Source: a virus
Strand: one strand, 5' to 3'
Length of the DNA stretch: 64,000 bases
IMG/VR virus record: IMGVR_UViG_3300045988_069849
Coordinates: 162,273 to 226,272 of that record
A program made the position numbers and the translations under genes. Shown here piece after piece: positions 21,738 to 31,030 of the stretch (position 1 is the first letter of the stretch; each line of letters begins with the position of its first letter). A model generated the notes under the pieces. The model made no database searches. It saw only the letters and a program-made list of their open reading frames with translations, and was not told the origin of the DNA.

Positions 21738-22097
21738 CTTGGTATTTGAGGACTACAACTACTTGTAGACTCTGTTGCAGTTAAAGATTATAATGGGTAC
21801 GCCCTGAGACTAATGCAGAGCATCTCTTATGAATAGAGGTGTCTTATCGTGAGATAAGGCAAAGTATTGTGAGATTGAGAGAATTACTAGCTAAAATGTT
21901 AGAAGAAGACCCAGATTCAAGTAGCAATATCTACAAAGAAATATGGGGAGCTTATACTGCTGGGATGAACTCCTTGCTCGAGTAGCAACAATTCCAAGCT
22001 TGGTGAATTAAAACTAGCTAACCTAATTACTCTTTATAAGGTTGAGAATGTAAAAAGAGAATTGGAATGGTAAGCCCATCTCCCTTCGTCCTTTGCT

Positions 22098-22140
22098 GGT
22101 TTAGAAGTGAAACAGAAACCAGCACTTTTTAGTAACTTAT
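22098..22140 (+). terminator. hairpin plus T-run (intrinsic terminator-like)
   Basis: gctggtttagaagtgaaacagaaaccagc followed by acttttt. Confidence 0.35.
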
Positions 22141-22153
22141 AAACTTTTATAAT

Positions 22154-22645
22154 ATGAATACATTAGCATTAGATCATGTAAACAAGCGCGCAGAATTCGT
22201 AATGTCGTTTACTATTCCTTTCAAAGCAGTTGAAGATCCAACGTCGCAGGCCAAGTGCTACAGTCCGCATGAAGTAATTATGGCATGGCGAGAGGTGTGC
22301 ATCAAAGCATTACGAATGAGAATCGATGCCTGTATGGAAATGTTGTTCCGCAACAAGGACAGAGTGATAGGCTCGGACGAACGTGGCGTTTTGTTTAAGA
22401 AGAAGAATGGAAACATTCACCACTTTTCTCATGCTAGCTGTTTTGCTATGGAGGCTTTCATAGAGATATTGGAAGAAGCAGAGAGTGCCGGGGACATAAC
22501 TTTCGATGCTCTTCAAATACAGCAACTGATGAAGGCTTTGTACTGGATTCCAGACGAACTGAAGAACGATCATCAGGGAATAGGTTTCGGAGAACTAATT
22601 GACTGCCTGCTCTGCATTTTTAGCAACTCTCTGATAAACGAGTAG
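22154..22645 (+). CDS. hypothetical protein (163 aa)
   Basis: ORF track. Confidence 0.6.
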   Translation: MNTLALDHVNKRAEFVMSFTIPFKAVEDPTSQAKCYSPHEVIMAWREVCIKALRMRIDACMEMLFRNKDRVIGSDERGVLFKKKNGNIHHFSHASCFAMEAFIEILEEAESAGDITFDALQIQQLMKALYWIPDELKNDHQGIGFGELIDCLLCIFSNSLINE

Positions 22646-23172
22646 GAACTATCGTAATGATAGCTCTAATAGTTTCATCATTTAATTAGCATATGAAATA
22701 TAAGATTGAATTTAACTATCGTTACGGTAAAGACTATGTATACTGTAATGAATACCATGAAGATGAGCGGTTTATACAGCCACTTAATTCTAATGGTAAA
22801 CCCTTATGTACTATTGCAAAGACTAATATATTATCTATTAGAGAATGCAAATAACGCCAACGCTATAAAGATTGGCAAATTTAAGATTGCACATGGAGAT
22901 TGAACGCTGAAACATGTGGTAACTAAATAGGAGAGGTCTTGTAAGTTCAAGGTAGTTCCGCTTAGTGCTTGCCTGCTAAGTATCACTACACAGTCAGTTG
23001 GAAGACTAACATTTAAAAAACTCAATAACTTCCCAAGACATTGAGGGCACCAGTTTCTTATGAATAAATACTCTGAAAAGCCTATATATGGGCAGGACAG
23101 AGCCTCGAAAGTCTTAGACCAGAGAGATAGTAAGTTTTAGGTGTAAAATGCGATTAATAAAAGAAAAAGATT

Positions 23173-23766
23173 ATGGAACAGTATTTAGATGCAAAAATTA
23201 AGAGATTTACTCAAAAGCAATTATTCAAGAAAATAACTAAAGTTAAAACTATGCTAGGTTTAGGAGGATTACATCCTGAGAAATACCTAGAAGTTGTACC
23301 CGAACATAAAAATTGTGTCCTAGTTGACTTCAATCCAGCAGATGCATTAGTAAGAAGAAATTCTCTTATTGGAGAGTTTGATTTACTTACTAATTCTCCA
23401 GCGGAGAGAAGTCCGCTCAACTTCGTTGATTGTGATTTCTGCAAGTCCATTATAAATAATGGAGCAGATTTACTATATATTTATACGAAGATGCAGCTTT
23501 CTCCAATTAGAAACAAGTATATCACATTTACTTTTAGTTGTAGAACTGCGGGAGACGAGAGAACAATTGAGTGGTTGGCAAAGAATTTCCCAGAACTTGA
23601 TATTCCAAGAAATTACGTGTTTATAAATGATACAAGATGTAAAGAGATTGGATATCGTCAGTATGTTAAACGTATGTATGATCCAACTAGAGACAGATTC
23701 TTGGACATATACAAATACAGAGATTCTGGAGATAACATGATTACCGGACTAATTAAAATCCTCTGA
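23173..23766 (+). CDS. hypothetical protein (197 aa)
   Basis: ORF track. Confidence 0.6.
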   Translation: MEQYLDAKIKRFTQKQLFKKITKVKTMLGLGGLHPEKYLEVVPEHKNCVLVDFNPADALVRRNSLIGEFDLLTNSPAERSPLNFVDCDFCKSIINNGADLLYIYTKMQLSPIRNKYITFTFSCRTAGDERTIEWLAKNFPELDIPRNYVFINDTRCKEIGYRQYVKRMYDPTRDRFLDIYKYRDSGDNMITGLIKIL

Positions 23767-24258
23767 TGAGTCTTTGAAAATTAAGACGAAACTACCCATC
23801 TTTGGGTAGTCAGGATTAAAAAGAAAAAGAAATGAGAAAGTACAACAGATTAAATTGCGATTCAACTGTTCGCGCAAGATTTATAGATACTTGGGGACGA
23901 GTAATAACTTTAGTCGGAACCCATGCCTTCGAATATGCCATTCACATAGAAGGAGTAAGAACAGTTACTGAAACATTTGAGAATGGAACATTAGCAAGAA
24001 AAAGATTTAACGAATTAAAAAAGAAACCATGAGAAAGAGATTTAAGATGAGCAGAATTGCTTCATCAGACAACTATGAGTTGTCAAGAAAGATTCACGCA
24101 ATGTACCTCCAAAGATTTCACGAGGAGAACATAGAAGTGATTACAGAGATTTCATCTACATTAGTAATTAAAGAACAAAAGTATATTCGGGTATTTGGGA
24201 AGTTAATTCCTGTTTCCGAAGAAGAATTGAGAATACATAACACTTTAATATCTGTGAA

Positions 24259-24501
24259 ATGATGGAAGATTTGTTAACAATAGTAAGATGGGCAATAACA
24301 TTGCCTGTTTGGTTGCTAGAACATATACTTAAGGCTATGACCTTGATAGTTCTGGTATTGGTAATCATCGTCATGGCGGTATTATATCCGCTATTTCGGT
24401 CTATCTGGCGTAAGACAGGACAGTCTGTGATTTTTAAGTATGCAACAAAATGGAGAGGAAACTATCCGCTAACCAAAAAAGTATTTGACTTATGGCAATG
24501 A
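24259..24501 (+). CDS. small membrane protein
   Basis: ORF track; hydrophobic LLTIVRWAITLPVWLLEHILKAMTLIVLVLVIIVMAVLYPLF. Confidence 0.4.
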   Translation: MMEDLLTIVRWAITLPVWLLEHILKAMTLIVLVLVIIVMAVLYPLFRSIWRKTGQSVIFKYATKWRGNYPLTKKVFDLWQ

Positions 24502-24778
24502 TGAGAAGAATTACCGAAATAAACGGTGAGATAATTGTGGTAGAAACTATGATTATCGTAGGAGAAATAGTATTAATTACAGTACAAATAAATGGAGAAC
24601 TAGTTCGCTATGAAATATTATCTGTTAGACAGTTATGGGAAGGTCGTTAGGGCCTTCTCAAGCTGGTCTGAGGCTAACAAATTTCGTATAACTAGAAATA
24701 GACCAGATTGGAGGATTGTATGACATACATCGTTGTATTTATAATATTAATCATCATGTGGAAAATGATTGAAGACGA

Positions 24779-25738
24779 ATGAAAACAGTATTAACCCATA
24801 CAGGAAAAATCTATGTTGATACAGAACATAGACTAGAGTTCTTAACTGTAGGAGACTATGGTAAGGAGAACAACATCAAGGCTGATTTCTTAGGTCTAAC
24901 TAAGGAAATCAATGGAGTAGAGAATACAGCAGTAGACCTAAGCAAGAAATGGGTAGCAACTATTTCAACTCAGAAAGGCTGTCCTATGCATTGTAAATTC
25001 TGTGATGTTCCCAAGTTTGGATTCTATGGAAATGCTTCTATAGAAGATATGGATAGACAAATCCGAACTATTATAGAAGGCGAAAGTGTCAGAGAAACAG
25101 ACAGGTTTAATGTACACTTTGCTAGAATGGGAGAACCAACATGGAATGATAATGTATTAGCATTTGGACTTGCTCTCAGAGGTGTGGTTAAGTCTGCAGG
25201 GTTAATAGCTAAAACTGTTCATCCAGTAGTTTCCACGATGCTTCCGAAAGCAAATAATAAGCTTGGAAACTTCTTACAGGTTTGGTGTAGCATAAAAAAT
25301 GAGTTCTACAATGGAGAAGCAGGCTTACAGTTTTCAATCAATTCTACAGACGATGAACAGAGAAACGAGCTGTTTGACTCTAAGAGTTTGTCACTAGCAC
25401 AAATTTCTCAGTTGGCTAATGAGTTACCAATGCCAGTAGGCAGAAAGTATACTCTAAATTTTCCAGTAACCTCACAAACTATTCTCGATGCGAAGGAATT
25501 GTCAAAGCTATTTGATAGGGAGAAATTTATTGTTAAAATCACTCCTATACATGAAACAGCTTCTGCTATAGAGAATGGTTTCCAGGTAACTGGATACTCT
25601 GATTATGACGTTTATCGTCGCTTTGAACAACCTTTATTGAAAGAAGGTTGGGATGTTATAGTGTTTGTTCCATCTAAGGAGGAAGATTCTGACCGAATTA
25701 CTTGTGGGAACGCACTAATCTCTGAAGAAAAGATTTAA
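24779..25738 (+). CDS. radical SAM enzyme (CxxxCxxC)
   Basis: GCPMHCKFC matches C-x3-C-x2-C. 319 aa. Confidence 0.6.
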   Translation: MKTVLTHTGKIYVDTEHRLEFLTVGDYGKENNIKADFLGLTKEINGVENTAVDLSKKWVATISTQKGCPMHCKFCDVPKFGFYGNASIEDMDRQIRTIIEGESVRETDRFNVHFARMGEPTWNDNVLAFGLALRGVVKSAGLIAKTVHPVVSTMLPKANNKLGNFLQVWCSIKNEFYNGEAGLQFSINSTDDEQRNELFDSKSLSLAQISQLANELPMPVGRKYTLNFPVTSQTILDAKELSKLFDREKFIVKITPIHETASAIENGFQVTGYSDYDVYRRFEQPLLKEGWDVIVFVPSKEEDSDRITCGNALISEEKI

Positions 25739-25790
25739 CAATTCTTAACTAAGGAGAACGTAGTTCGCTGTATATAATAGCGAACACGAT

Positions 25791-25864
25791 GTCCCGTTAG
25801 CTCAGTTGGATAGAGCAACAGCCTTCTAAGCTGTGGGTCGTAGGTTCGAATCCTACACGGGATA
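25791..25864 (+). tRNA. tRNA-Arg (anticodon TCT)
   Basis: gtcccgt-ta-gctc..gagc-a-acagc-cttCTaa-gctgt-gggtc-gtagg-ttcgaat-cctac-acgggat-a. Confidence 0.8.
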
Positions 25865-26104
25865 CTAACAATTAAAAAACAAAACTATGATACTATTTAT
25901 TTATATCTTAGGAGTACTAATGGCATGGTTTCTAATGTATTTAGAAGAGAAATATCGTTATAAGAAGGAAAAGAACTATAAATTTACTTTAGGTAATCTG
26001 TTATCAAGCATATTCTTTTCTTTATTTTCATGGATTGTAGTAGCAGCGTGCCTAATATCCTTGTCGGATAAAATAATCTTAGTAGATAAACCCGACTAAT
26101 TAAT

Positions 26105-26178
26105 GACTCCGTAGCTCAGTTGGTTAGAGCACGATACTTTTAATATCGGGGTCCCGAGTTCGAATCTCGGCGGAGTCA
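26105..26178 (+). tRNA. tRNA-Lys (TTT)
   Basis: Acceptor gactccg/cggagtc; anticodon loop cttttaa; T-arm ccgag-ttcgaat-ctcgg. Confidence 0.8.
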
Positions 26179-26232
26179 CTCTTTTTCTTTTATTCCGCTA
26201 GTAAACATTTGTTGTGAAACACGTGTTTGCAT

Positions 26233-26305
26233 CTGGGTATAGTCGAGTTGGTAAGATGCTACATTTGGGATGTAGAGACCGCAGGTTCGAGTCCTGCTAT
26301 CCAGA
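26233..26305 (+). tRNA. tRNA-Pro (TGG)
   Basis: Anticodon arm ctaca-tttggga-tgtag; T-arm gcagg-ttcgagt-cctgc; acceptor ctgggta/tatccag. Confidence 0.7.
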
Positions 26306-26510
26306 CAAGAAGTAATCAACATTCACTATTAGTACAGCAATTAGGACTGTAGGGTGCCTTTTAGATGAATCCCTGATTACTCCGATTAACAGAGGCAATA
26401 TCCTTAATATCGTTACCACGCACTGCGGCTATTAGCTGTTAGATGATTTGGGGTGCCAAATGGAAGAACGGTGACAGCTATGTTAATTAGAACGAATCTG
26501 TTAATTGTAT

Positions 26511-26593
26511 GGGAGTGCGCCAACGTTGGAGAGTTGGGCTTGACTGTAAATCAAGTGCCTATGGCTTAGAAGGTTCGAATCCTTCCACTCCCA
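26511..26593 (+). tRNA. tRNA-Tyr (GTA), long variable arm
   Basis: Acceptor gggagtg/cactccc; anticodon arm cttga-ctgtaaa-tcaag; T-arm gaagg-ttcgaat-ccttc. Confidence 0.75.
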
Positions 26594-26686
26594 CAAATTT
26601 AATGAATATGTTAATAGGATTTTTAGTATTTATTATTCTAGAAATAGCTATAATAGCTACTATAGGGTTTACTTATTTTCACGAAG

Positions 26687-27058
26687 ATGATAAGAATTTC
26701 AAGAATTATCGCAAAGGAAAGAATAGCTGATTTGTTAGACTTAAATTTCGTGTCTAAGATAGAATTAAGACAGGGAAAACAAGGATTTAATAATCCTGCT
26801 ATTTGTAGAGTAGAAATCTATTTACTACTTGAAAACGACAAAGAGTACTTTAATTCCAAAATGACTGATATTATGTCATGGGCACAAAAGAACAAATGTA
26901 ACATTGCTTTTACTACTGCTAGTATGGCTCTCAAAGACGGATTTATTAAAGAATCTGCTTTTGATGATTTTAACTACCCAGTTCCTAAAAAGTATAAAGC
27001 ATTATGTGATATTTATTCAGCAAGTTACTTTAATCTATTTAATAGGAGAAAATTATGA
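26687..27058 (+). CDS. hypothetical protein (123 aa)
   Basis: ORF track. Confidence 0.5.
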   Translation: MIRISRIIAKERIADLLDLNFVSKIELRQGKQGFNNPAICRVEIYLLLENDKEYFNSKMTDIMSWAQKNKCNIAFTTASMALKDGFIKESAFDDFNYPVPKKYKALCDIYSASYFNLFNRRKL

Positions 27059-27355
27059 AAGAATTAAATAATTATATTCTATATTGTTCTAACTTAGATG
27101 ATAATGAGTATAATCTATTGTGGGAATACTATAATGAACAGTCCTTTCTTAATAAAATTAAAGAAGATTTTAGTTATTTATTTTTTACGTTATTTATATG
27201 GAAGATAAGTACGAAGGATTATCTGACGAAGAGCTTAAAGAGATTTTTGAAGATATGGAAGCAGACTATTGGATAGACTACTATCAGTCTCTTTGCGAAT
27301 GAAACGCAGCAGTTGGCTTTCGGAATCTCTGTCTTAACAAAATGAGTCCGTAATT

Positions 27356-27439
27356 GGGATTGTAACCGGTAATTGGTAGCCGCGCAGACTGTAAATCTGC
27401 TCTCTTTTGAGACTGGAGGTTCGAGTCCTCCCAATCCCA
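27356..27439 (+). tRNA. tRNA-Tyr (GTA) second copy, long variable arm
   Basis: Acceptor gggattg/caatccc; anticodon arm gcaga-ctgtaaa-tctgc (the same arm as classical bacterial tRNA-Tyr); T-arm ggagg-ttcgagt-cctcc. Confidence 0.7.
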
Positions 27440-27443
27440 CACA

Positions 27444-27459
27444 TTTTAATTAATTAGAT
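27444..27459 (+). promoter_or_regulatory. conserved motif TTTTAATTAATTAGAT directly upstream of a start codon (copy 1 of 3)
   Basis: The same 16-mer recurs at 40275-40290 and, nearly identical, at 41720-41735. Each copy is just 3' of a tRNA and just 5' of an ATG. Confidence 0.3.
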
Positions 27460-27460
27460 T

Positions 27461-27655
27461 ATGACAAAAGAAGAAGCAATTAGAGCTATGTCTGAAGGAA
27501 AGAAAGTAAGGCATAGATACTTTAGTAAAGACGAATGGGTGACTATAAATTCCAGCGGACTATATGAGTTCGAAGATGGTGTAAAAGTTGACTCATCGTT
27601 ATTTTGGATGGACAGACAGGATTCCTACTGGAATGATGGATGGAGCTTAGTTTAA
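27461..27655 (+). CDS. hypothetical protein (64 aa)
   Basis: ORF track. Confidence 0.4.
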   Translation: MTKEEAIRAMSEGKKVRHRYFSKDEWVTINSSGLYEFEDGVKVDSSLFWMDRQDSYWNDGWSLV

Positions 27656-27682
27656 CTTTAAATAAGAATAAAATGACAACGT

Positions 27683-27934
27683 ATGAGTACGGAAAAGGAT
27701 ACTTGCCAGAAATCTGGTACTAGTGTAATATTCCAAAAAGAAATTACGCAGTGTAGGGAATGTCCTCATTGTAGAATCGCTCCTGACCCAGACCCTGACG
27801 ACTGGTTCAATGACGATGATGAAAAAGCGCTTTGTAAAGAAGCAGGGAATAAACTAATTGAGGGAATGTTAAGACCTTACGAAAGGGTATTAATTCCGGA
27901 TTGGTGTCCATTAAAAACTAATAAACAAAAATGA
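27683..27934 (+). CDS. Cys-containing small protein
   Basis: ORF track; CRECPHC... Confidence 0.45.
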   Translation: MSTEKDTCQKSGTSVIFQKEITQCRECPHCRIAPDPDPDDWFNDDDEKALCKEAGNKLIEGMLRPYERVLIPDWCPLKTNKQK

Positions 27935-28395
27935 ATAGAATTAAGACAAAAGCCTATCTTGAGGTAACTTTAGAGCAGGCACGCGAATGGTATGAAAGCG
28001 GTAATGAAGACTTGAAGAAATTAGCTCTTACTGCATTTAGTGAGGAAATGCTAATTCCTTCCTTTAAAGAGATAGTAGAGTCTGAAGAAGATTATGGTTT
28101 TTGGAATACATTAGTATGTCCTCCAAGCATGACAGAACAACTCAGTTCTCTAGCTAGTTTACAAATAGTTGCTAACTATCTAAATAAAGGATGGATCAAA
28201 ACAGAAGGTAATACTGGCTATTTTCTTGGAAAAGGTTCTTCTCTATCTGGAAAGACGGAAACTGATATAAAAGGAGTGTACGTCGTCATGCATCAAAACG
28301 TAAAATATCCAGGTATTGTTTATTTTAGAACTGTAGCTGATGCACAGAAAGCGGTAAAGATTCTTGGTAAAAAGTTATTGCCGTTGTTTGAATAA
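27931..28395 (+). CDS. hypothetical protein (154 aa)
   Basis: ORF track. Confidence 0.55.
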   Translation: MNRIKTKAYLEVTLEQAREWYESGNEDLKKLALTAFSEEMLIPSFKEIVESEEDYGFWNTLVCPPSMTEQLSSLASLQIVANYLNKGWIKTEGNTGYFLGKGSSLSGKTETDIKGVYVVMHQNVKYPGIVYFRTVADAQKAVKILGKKLLPLFE

Positions 28396-28405
28396 ATGAT
28401 TAGAT

Positions 28406-28479
28406 GGTGTTATTAGTTCAGTTGGCAGAACGCTACATTGTGGCTGTAGAGGTCAGCGGTTCGAATCCGCTATAACACC
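28406..28479 (+). tRNA. tRNA-His (GTG) with encoded G-1
   Basis: G-1 precedes acceptor gtgttat/ataacac; discriminator C73; anticodon arm ctaca-ttGTGgc-tgtag; T-arm agcgg-ttcgaat-ccgct. Confidence 0.8.
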
Positions 28480-28697
28480 CATAGTATAATTCCCAGAACG
28501 ATCAACAAATTGGCAGATGTACAGTGTTATCTCATAACAAGACATAGTGTAGAGTCTTAGGAAAGTCTGAATAAGTGAAGAATCGGAACTCTTATTAATT
28601 ATATTATGAAAGATAGAAAATTATTTTGGTTTTGGTTTTGTGTAATATCTATAATTTACATAATTACCTATTGGTGTTTTATTAAAAATTACAACGA

Positions 28698-29258
28698 ATG
28701 AAAAAGACAATTGAAATCGAATGTCCTGATGGTTACAAACCAGTTTACAATGCAGAGACTGGAAAAGTAGAAATTGTGTCTGAAGACATTACTGCAAGGG
28801 TACAGACTTACGAAGATGCTTGTAAAATCATGAGTAGAGATGTCTATGGTAATGTTCCTGCAAATTTCTCTGTTGATGCTTTGCGCAAATTGCACGTCAT
28901 TCTCGATGCCTTAAACGAAGGACATAAGTTTAATCTATTAACTGGAACTGTATGGTATCCTTGGGTTCGGTTCTTTAGAATGAAATCAGTACCGAAAGAT
29001 GCAGAGGTCATTGGACACTTCCGTTATCAGGGCGAGAAATTCGCGTTGGTGGGCGGCGGCGCGAATGTTGGCGGCGATGCGGGTCTCGGCTCTTTCTATT
29101 CTGACTATGGCGTCGGCGATGCCTGTTCCATTGTCGGGTTGCTTGCGTGCAAATCTGAGGAGATTGCCAAATATGTATCAACTCAGTTTGGCAAACTCGT
29201 ATTCGAAGCTTGTTTTGCCAGACACTTCAATGTAGGAGAATTTGAATGGCTAGACTAA
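28698..29258 (+). CDS. second DGR target protein (186 aa) carrying VR2 near its C-terminus
   Basis: ORF track. Residues ~115-150 (LVGGGANVGGDAGLGSFYSDYGVGDACSIVGL) are encoded by VR2. They parallel the tail-fibre C-terminus LRVGGGANVGGGAGLGCFNSDGGVGGASSIVGF. Confidence 0.7.
   Translation: MKKTIEIECPDGYKPVYNAETGKVEIVSEDITARVQTYEDACKIMSRDVYGNVPANFSVDALRKLHVILDALNEGHKFNLLTGTVWYPWVRFFRMKSVPKDAEVIGHFRYQGEKFALVGGGANVGGDAGLGSFYSDYGVGDACSIVGLLACKSEEIAKYVSTQFGKLVFEACFARHFNVGEFEWLD
29043..29140 (+). repeat. DGR variable repeat VR2 (remote, opposite strand to TR/RT)
   Basis: Aligned to the TR sense strand there are 27 mismatches, every one at a TR adenine. VR2 also differs from VR1 at many of the same positions. 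Confidence 0.8.
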
Positions 29259-29506
29259 TTGTAATTCTACTATTGCTTGCCTCATGCACACACGATAAGG
29301 TAGTAAATCACAATCAAACTGATACCATAAAGTATGAAGAGATATATTGCCCAAATTGTGATGGAATTGGTCAAGTAAAGATGTCAGCTGGGTCTAGAGT
29401 TGTATTAGGCATCCTTACACTAGGTCCAGGTGCTCTTTGTGATACCGAATCATGTAGTATGTGCAATGGAACAGGAATAGTTAAAAGAAGAGTACTAAAC
29501 AAATGA
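29246..29506 (+). CDS. small lipoprotein-like/Cys-rich protein
   Basis: ORF track; MARLIVILLLLASCTHDK... is a signal peptide with a lipobox-like LASC. Confidence 0.45.
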   Translation: MARLIVILLLLASCTHDKVVNHNQTDTIKYEEIYCPNCDGIGQVKMSAGSRVVLGILTLGPGALCDTESCSMCNGTGIVKRRVLNK

Positions 29507-29982
29507 AGAAATTTTTAATGCTTATTGTGGCTATGCTCTTTATGAGTGTAGCCTCATTCTCTCAAATAACCATATCTCAAGAAGATTATGATAGGTTGCC
29601 TGGAGAGACGAGAACCCAAATCGAGAAAATAACTACCGAGAAGGCTATAAAAGGAGAAATCAAAGAAGTATCTGAATATGCAAGTCTCGGAAAGGAGATT
29701 GGAGTTGCAGTAAATGAGACACTAAAAGCAGTTGAAGATTCGGCTATAAGAATATCTGAATCTAATCTAGGACAAACAGCGATAACTATTGTAGTATGGA
29801 AATTACTATATAAGGAGATAGCTGGAGTCGTAATAGGTATACTACTGCTAGGAATATCTCTATTTTTACTAATAACTGGAAGAGGAAAACTATCTAAAGA
29901 CGATGAAGATGCTGGCGGATGGATAAGTGTAGTCGGTGGCGCAGTATTCTTTATTTCTTCTATGATTTGTGTATTTGGCTGA
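29503..29982 (+). CDS. membrane protein (signal peptide plus C-terminal TM helices)
   Basis: ORF track. Confidence 0.55.
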   Translation: MKKFLMLIVAMLFMSVASFSQITISQEDYDRLPGETRTQIEKITTEKAIKGEIKEVSEYASLGKEIGVAVNETLKAVEDSAIRISESNLGQTAITIVVWKLLYKEIAGVVIGILLLGISLFLLITGRGKLSKDDEDAGGWISVVGGAVFFISSMICVFG

Positions 29983-30078
29983 GGAGCAGTCCAGGCTATA
30001 GGCTGGTGTATTCTAGCTATATTCTGTGTATTATTGCTTCTTGGATGTATGTTAGGCTAACTAATTGGTTAGCCCTTT

Positions 30079-30167
30079 GGAAGGGTGGCAGAGTCAGGTT
30101 TAATGCAACGGTCTTGAAAACCGTCGGGCGGTAAAACGTCCCCAGGGTTCGAATCCCTGTCCTTCCG
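30079..30167 (+). tRNA. tRNA-Ser (TGA), long variable arm
   Basis: Anticodon arm acggt-cttgaaa-accgt; T-arm caggg-ttcgaat-ccctg; acceptor ggaaggg/tccttcc. Confidence 0.7.
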
Positions 30168-30176
30168 CAATTAACT

Positions 30177-30249
30177 ATAGGATTGGTGTTAACGGTTAGC
30201 ACGTCGGTCTCCAAAACCGAAGGTAAGGGTTCGAATCCTTTATCCTATG
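30177..30249 (+). tRNA. tRNA-Trp (CCA)
   Basis: Acceptor ataggat/atcctat; anticodon arm tcggt-ctccaaa-accga; T-arm aaggg-ttcgaat-ccttt. Confidence 0.75.
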
Positions 30250-30272
30250 CAAATATCAATAACTAAAAACTT

Positions 30273-30491
30273 ATGAAGAGAATTAGATTAATTTGTATGA
30301 TGGCTGTTGTAGCAATAGTTACGGCAGTCTGTTGTTCGTTTACTTCTAGGGAAGACCGAAATCATTTTTCGGTTATAAAGGTATATACCGACCCTAATAG
30401 TCACATGAATGTCTATAGAGTCTCCGTTCCTGGGAGAGTGTATTACGTACTTCATAATACGACTCAAGGAGGGTTATGTAAATTACAATGA
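30273..30491 (+). CDS. small secreted/membrane protein
   Basis: ORF track. Confidence 0.4.
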   Translation: MKRIRLICMMAVVAIVTAVCCSFTSREDRNHFSVIKVYTDPNSHMNVYRVSVPGRVYYVLHNTTQGGLCKLQ

Positions 30492-31015
30492 GCGAAACTT
30501 ATTATCTCTTAGCAGCCATTTCGTATGGCATTTTTATTGTTCAGTTCATACTCTCTTGGTTTGGTGGCGACACTGACTTAGATGTAGATTTAGATGGAGA
30601 ATTGGACATGGATGTGAGTGATATTGTCTCTTTTAAAGGACTAGTACATTTTGTAATGGGAGCAAGTGGATGGCTTTGTATTAAGCATTCCGTTTCTCAT
30701 TCTATAGAATGGTACGATTATTTAATCGCATTAATATGCGGTATTCTTTTTGTGGTTATACTTTACTACTTATATAAACTTTGTTTAAAACTCCAACATC
30801 AAGTTATTCCTGAAAAGGGTGAAGCCTTAGTTGGGAGAATTGGAACAATCACTATCCCTAATGATATTTCTGGTGGTAGTTCTGTTATCTTAGTTGAGAT
30901 AAATGGAATGCTTCAAGAATTGTCAGCTTATGCTGAAGAAGAGCATAAGACGTATAAAAACGGGGACAAAGTGAGAATTTCAAAATTTGAGAATGGAAAG
31001 TATTATTTTAACTAA
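30488..31015 (+). CDS. NfeD-like membrane protein (partner of SPFH proteins)
   Basis: N-terminal TM helices plus a C-terminal OB-like region GEALVGRIGTITIPN...GDKVRISKFENGKYYF. Lies directly upstream of, and translationally coupled to, the SPFH gene. Confidence 0.55.
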   Translation: MSETYYLLAAISYGIFIVQFILSWFGGDTDLDVDLDGELDMDVSDIVSFKGLVHFVMGASGWLCIKHSVSHSIEWYDYLIALICGILFVVILYYLYKLCLKLQHQVIPEKGEALVGRIGTITIPNDISGGSSVILVEINGMLQELSAYAEEEHKTYKNGDKVRISKFENGKYYFN

Positions 31016-31030
31016 AAAGAATTTTTAAAG

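Noticed and set aside
20221-24374. Minus-strand ORFs 20221..20469, 20525..20719, 22310..22573, 22831..23025, 23211..23450, 24168..24374
   Set aside because: Antisense to plus-strand genes of the auxiliary module, with no supporting features.
26509-26730. ORF-track CDS whose N-terminus overlaps tRNA-Tyr
   Set aside because: The first ~28 codons are the tRNA. Any real protein starts downstream (MNMLIGF...).
27219-27440. Minus-strand ORF across the tRNA-Tyr second copy
   Set aside because: Antisense of a tRNA gene.
28999-29235. Overlapping plus-strand ORF inside the second DGR target
   Set aside because: Alternative frame across GC-rich VR2. The 28698..29258 frame carries the conserved VR-encoded motif.
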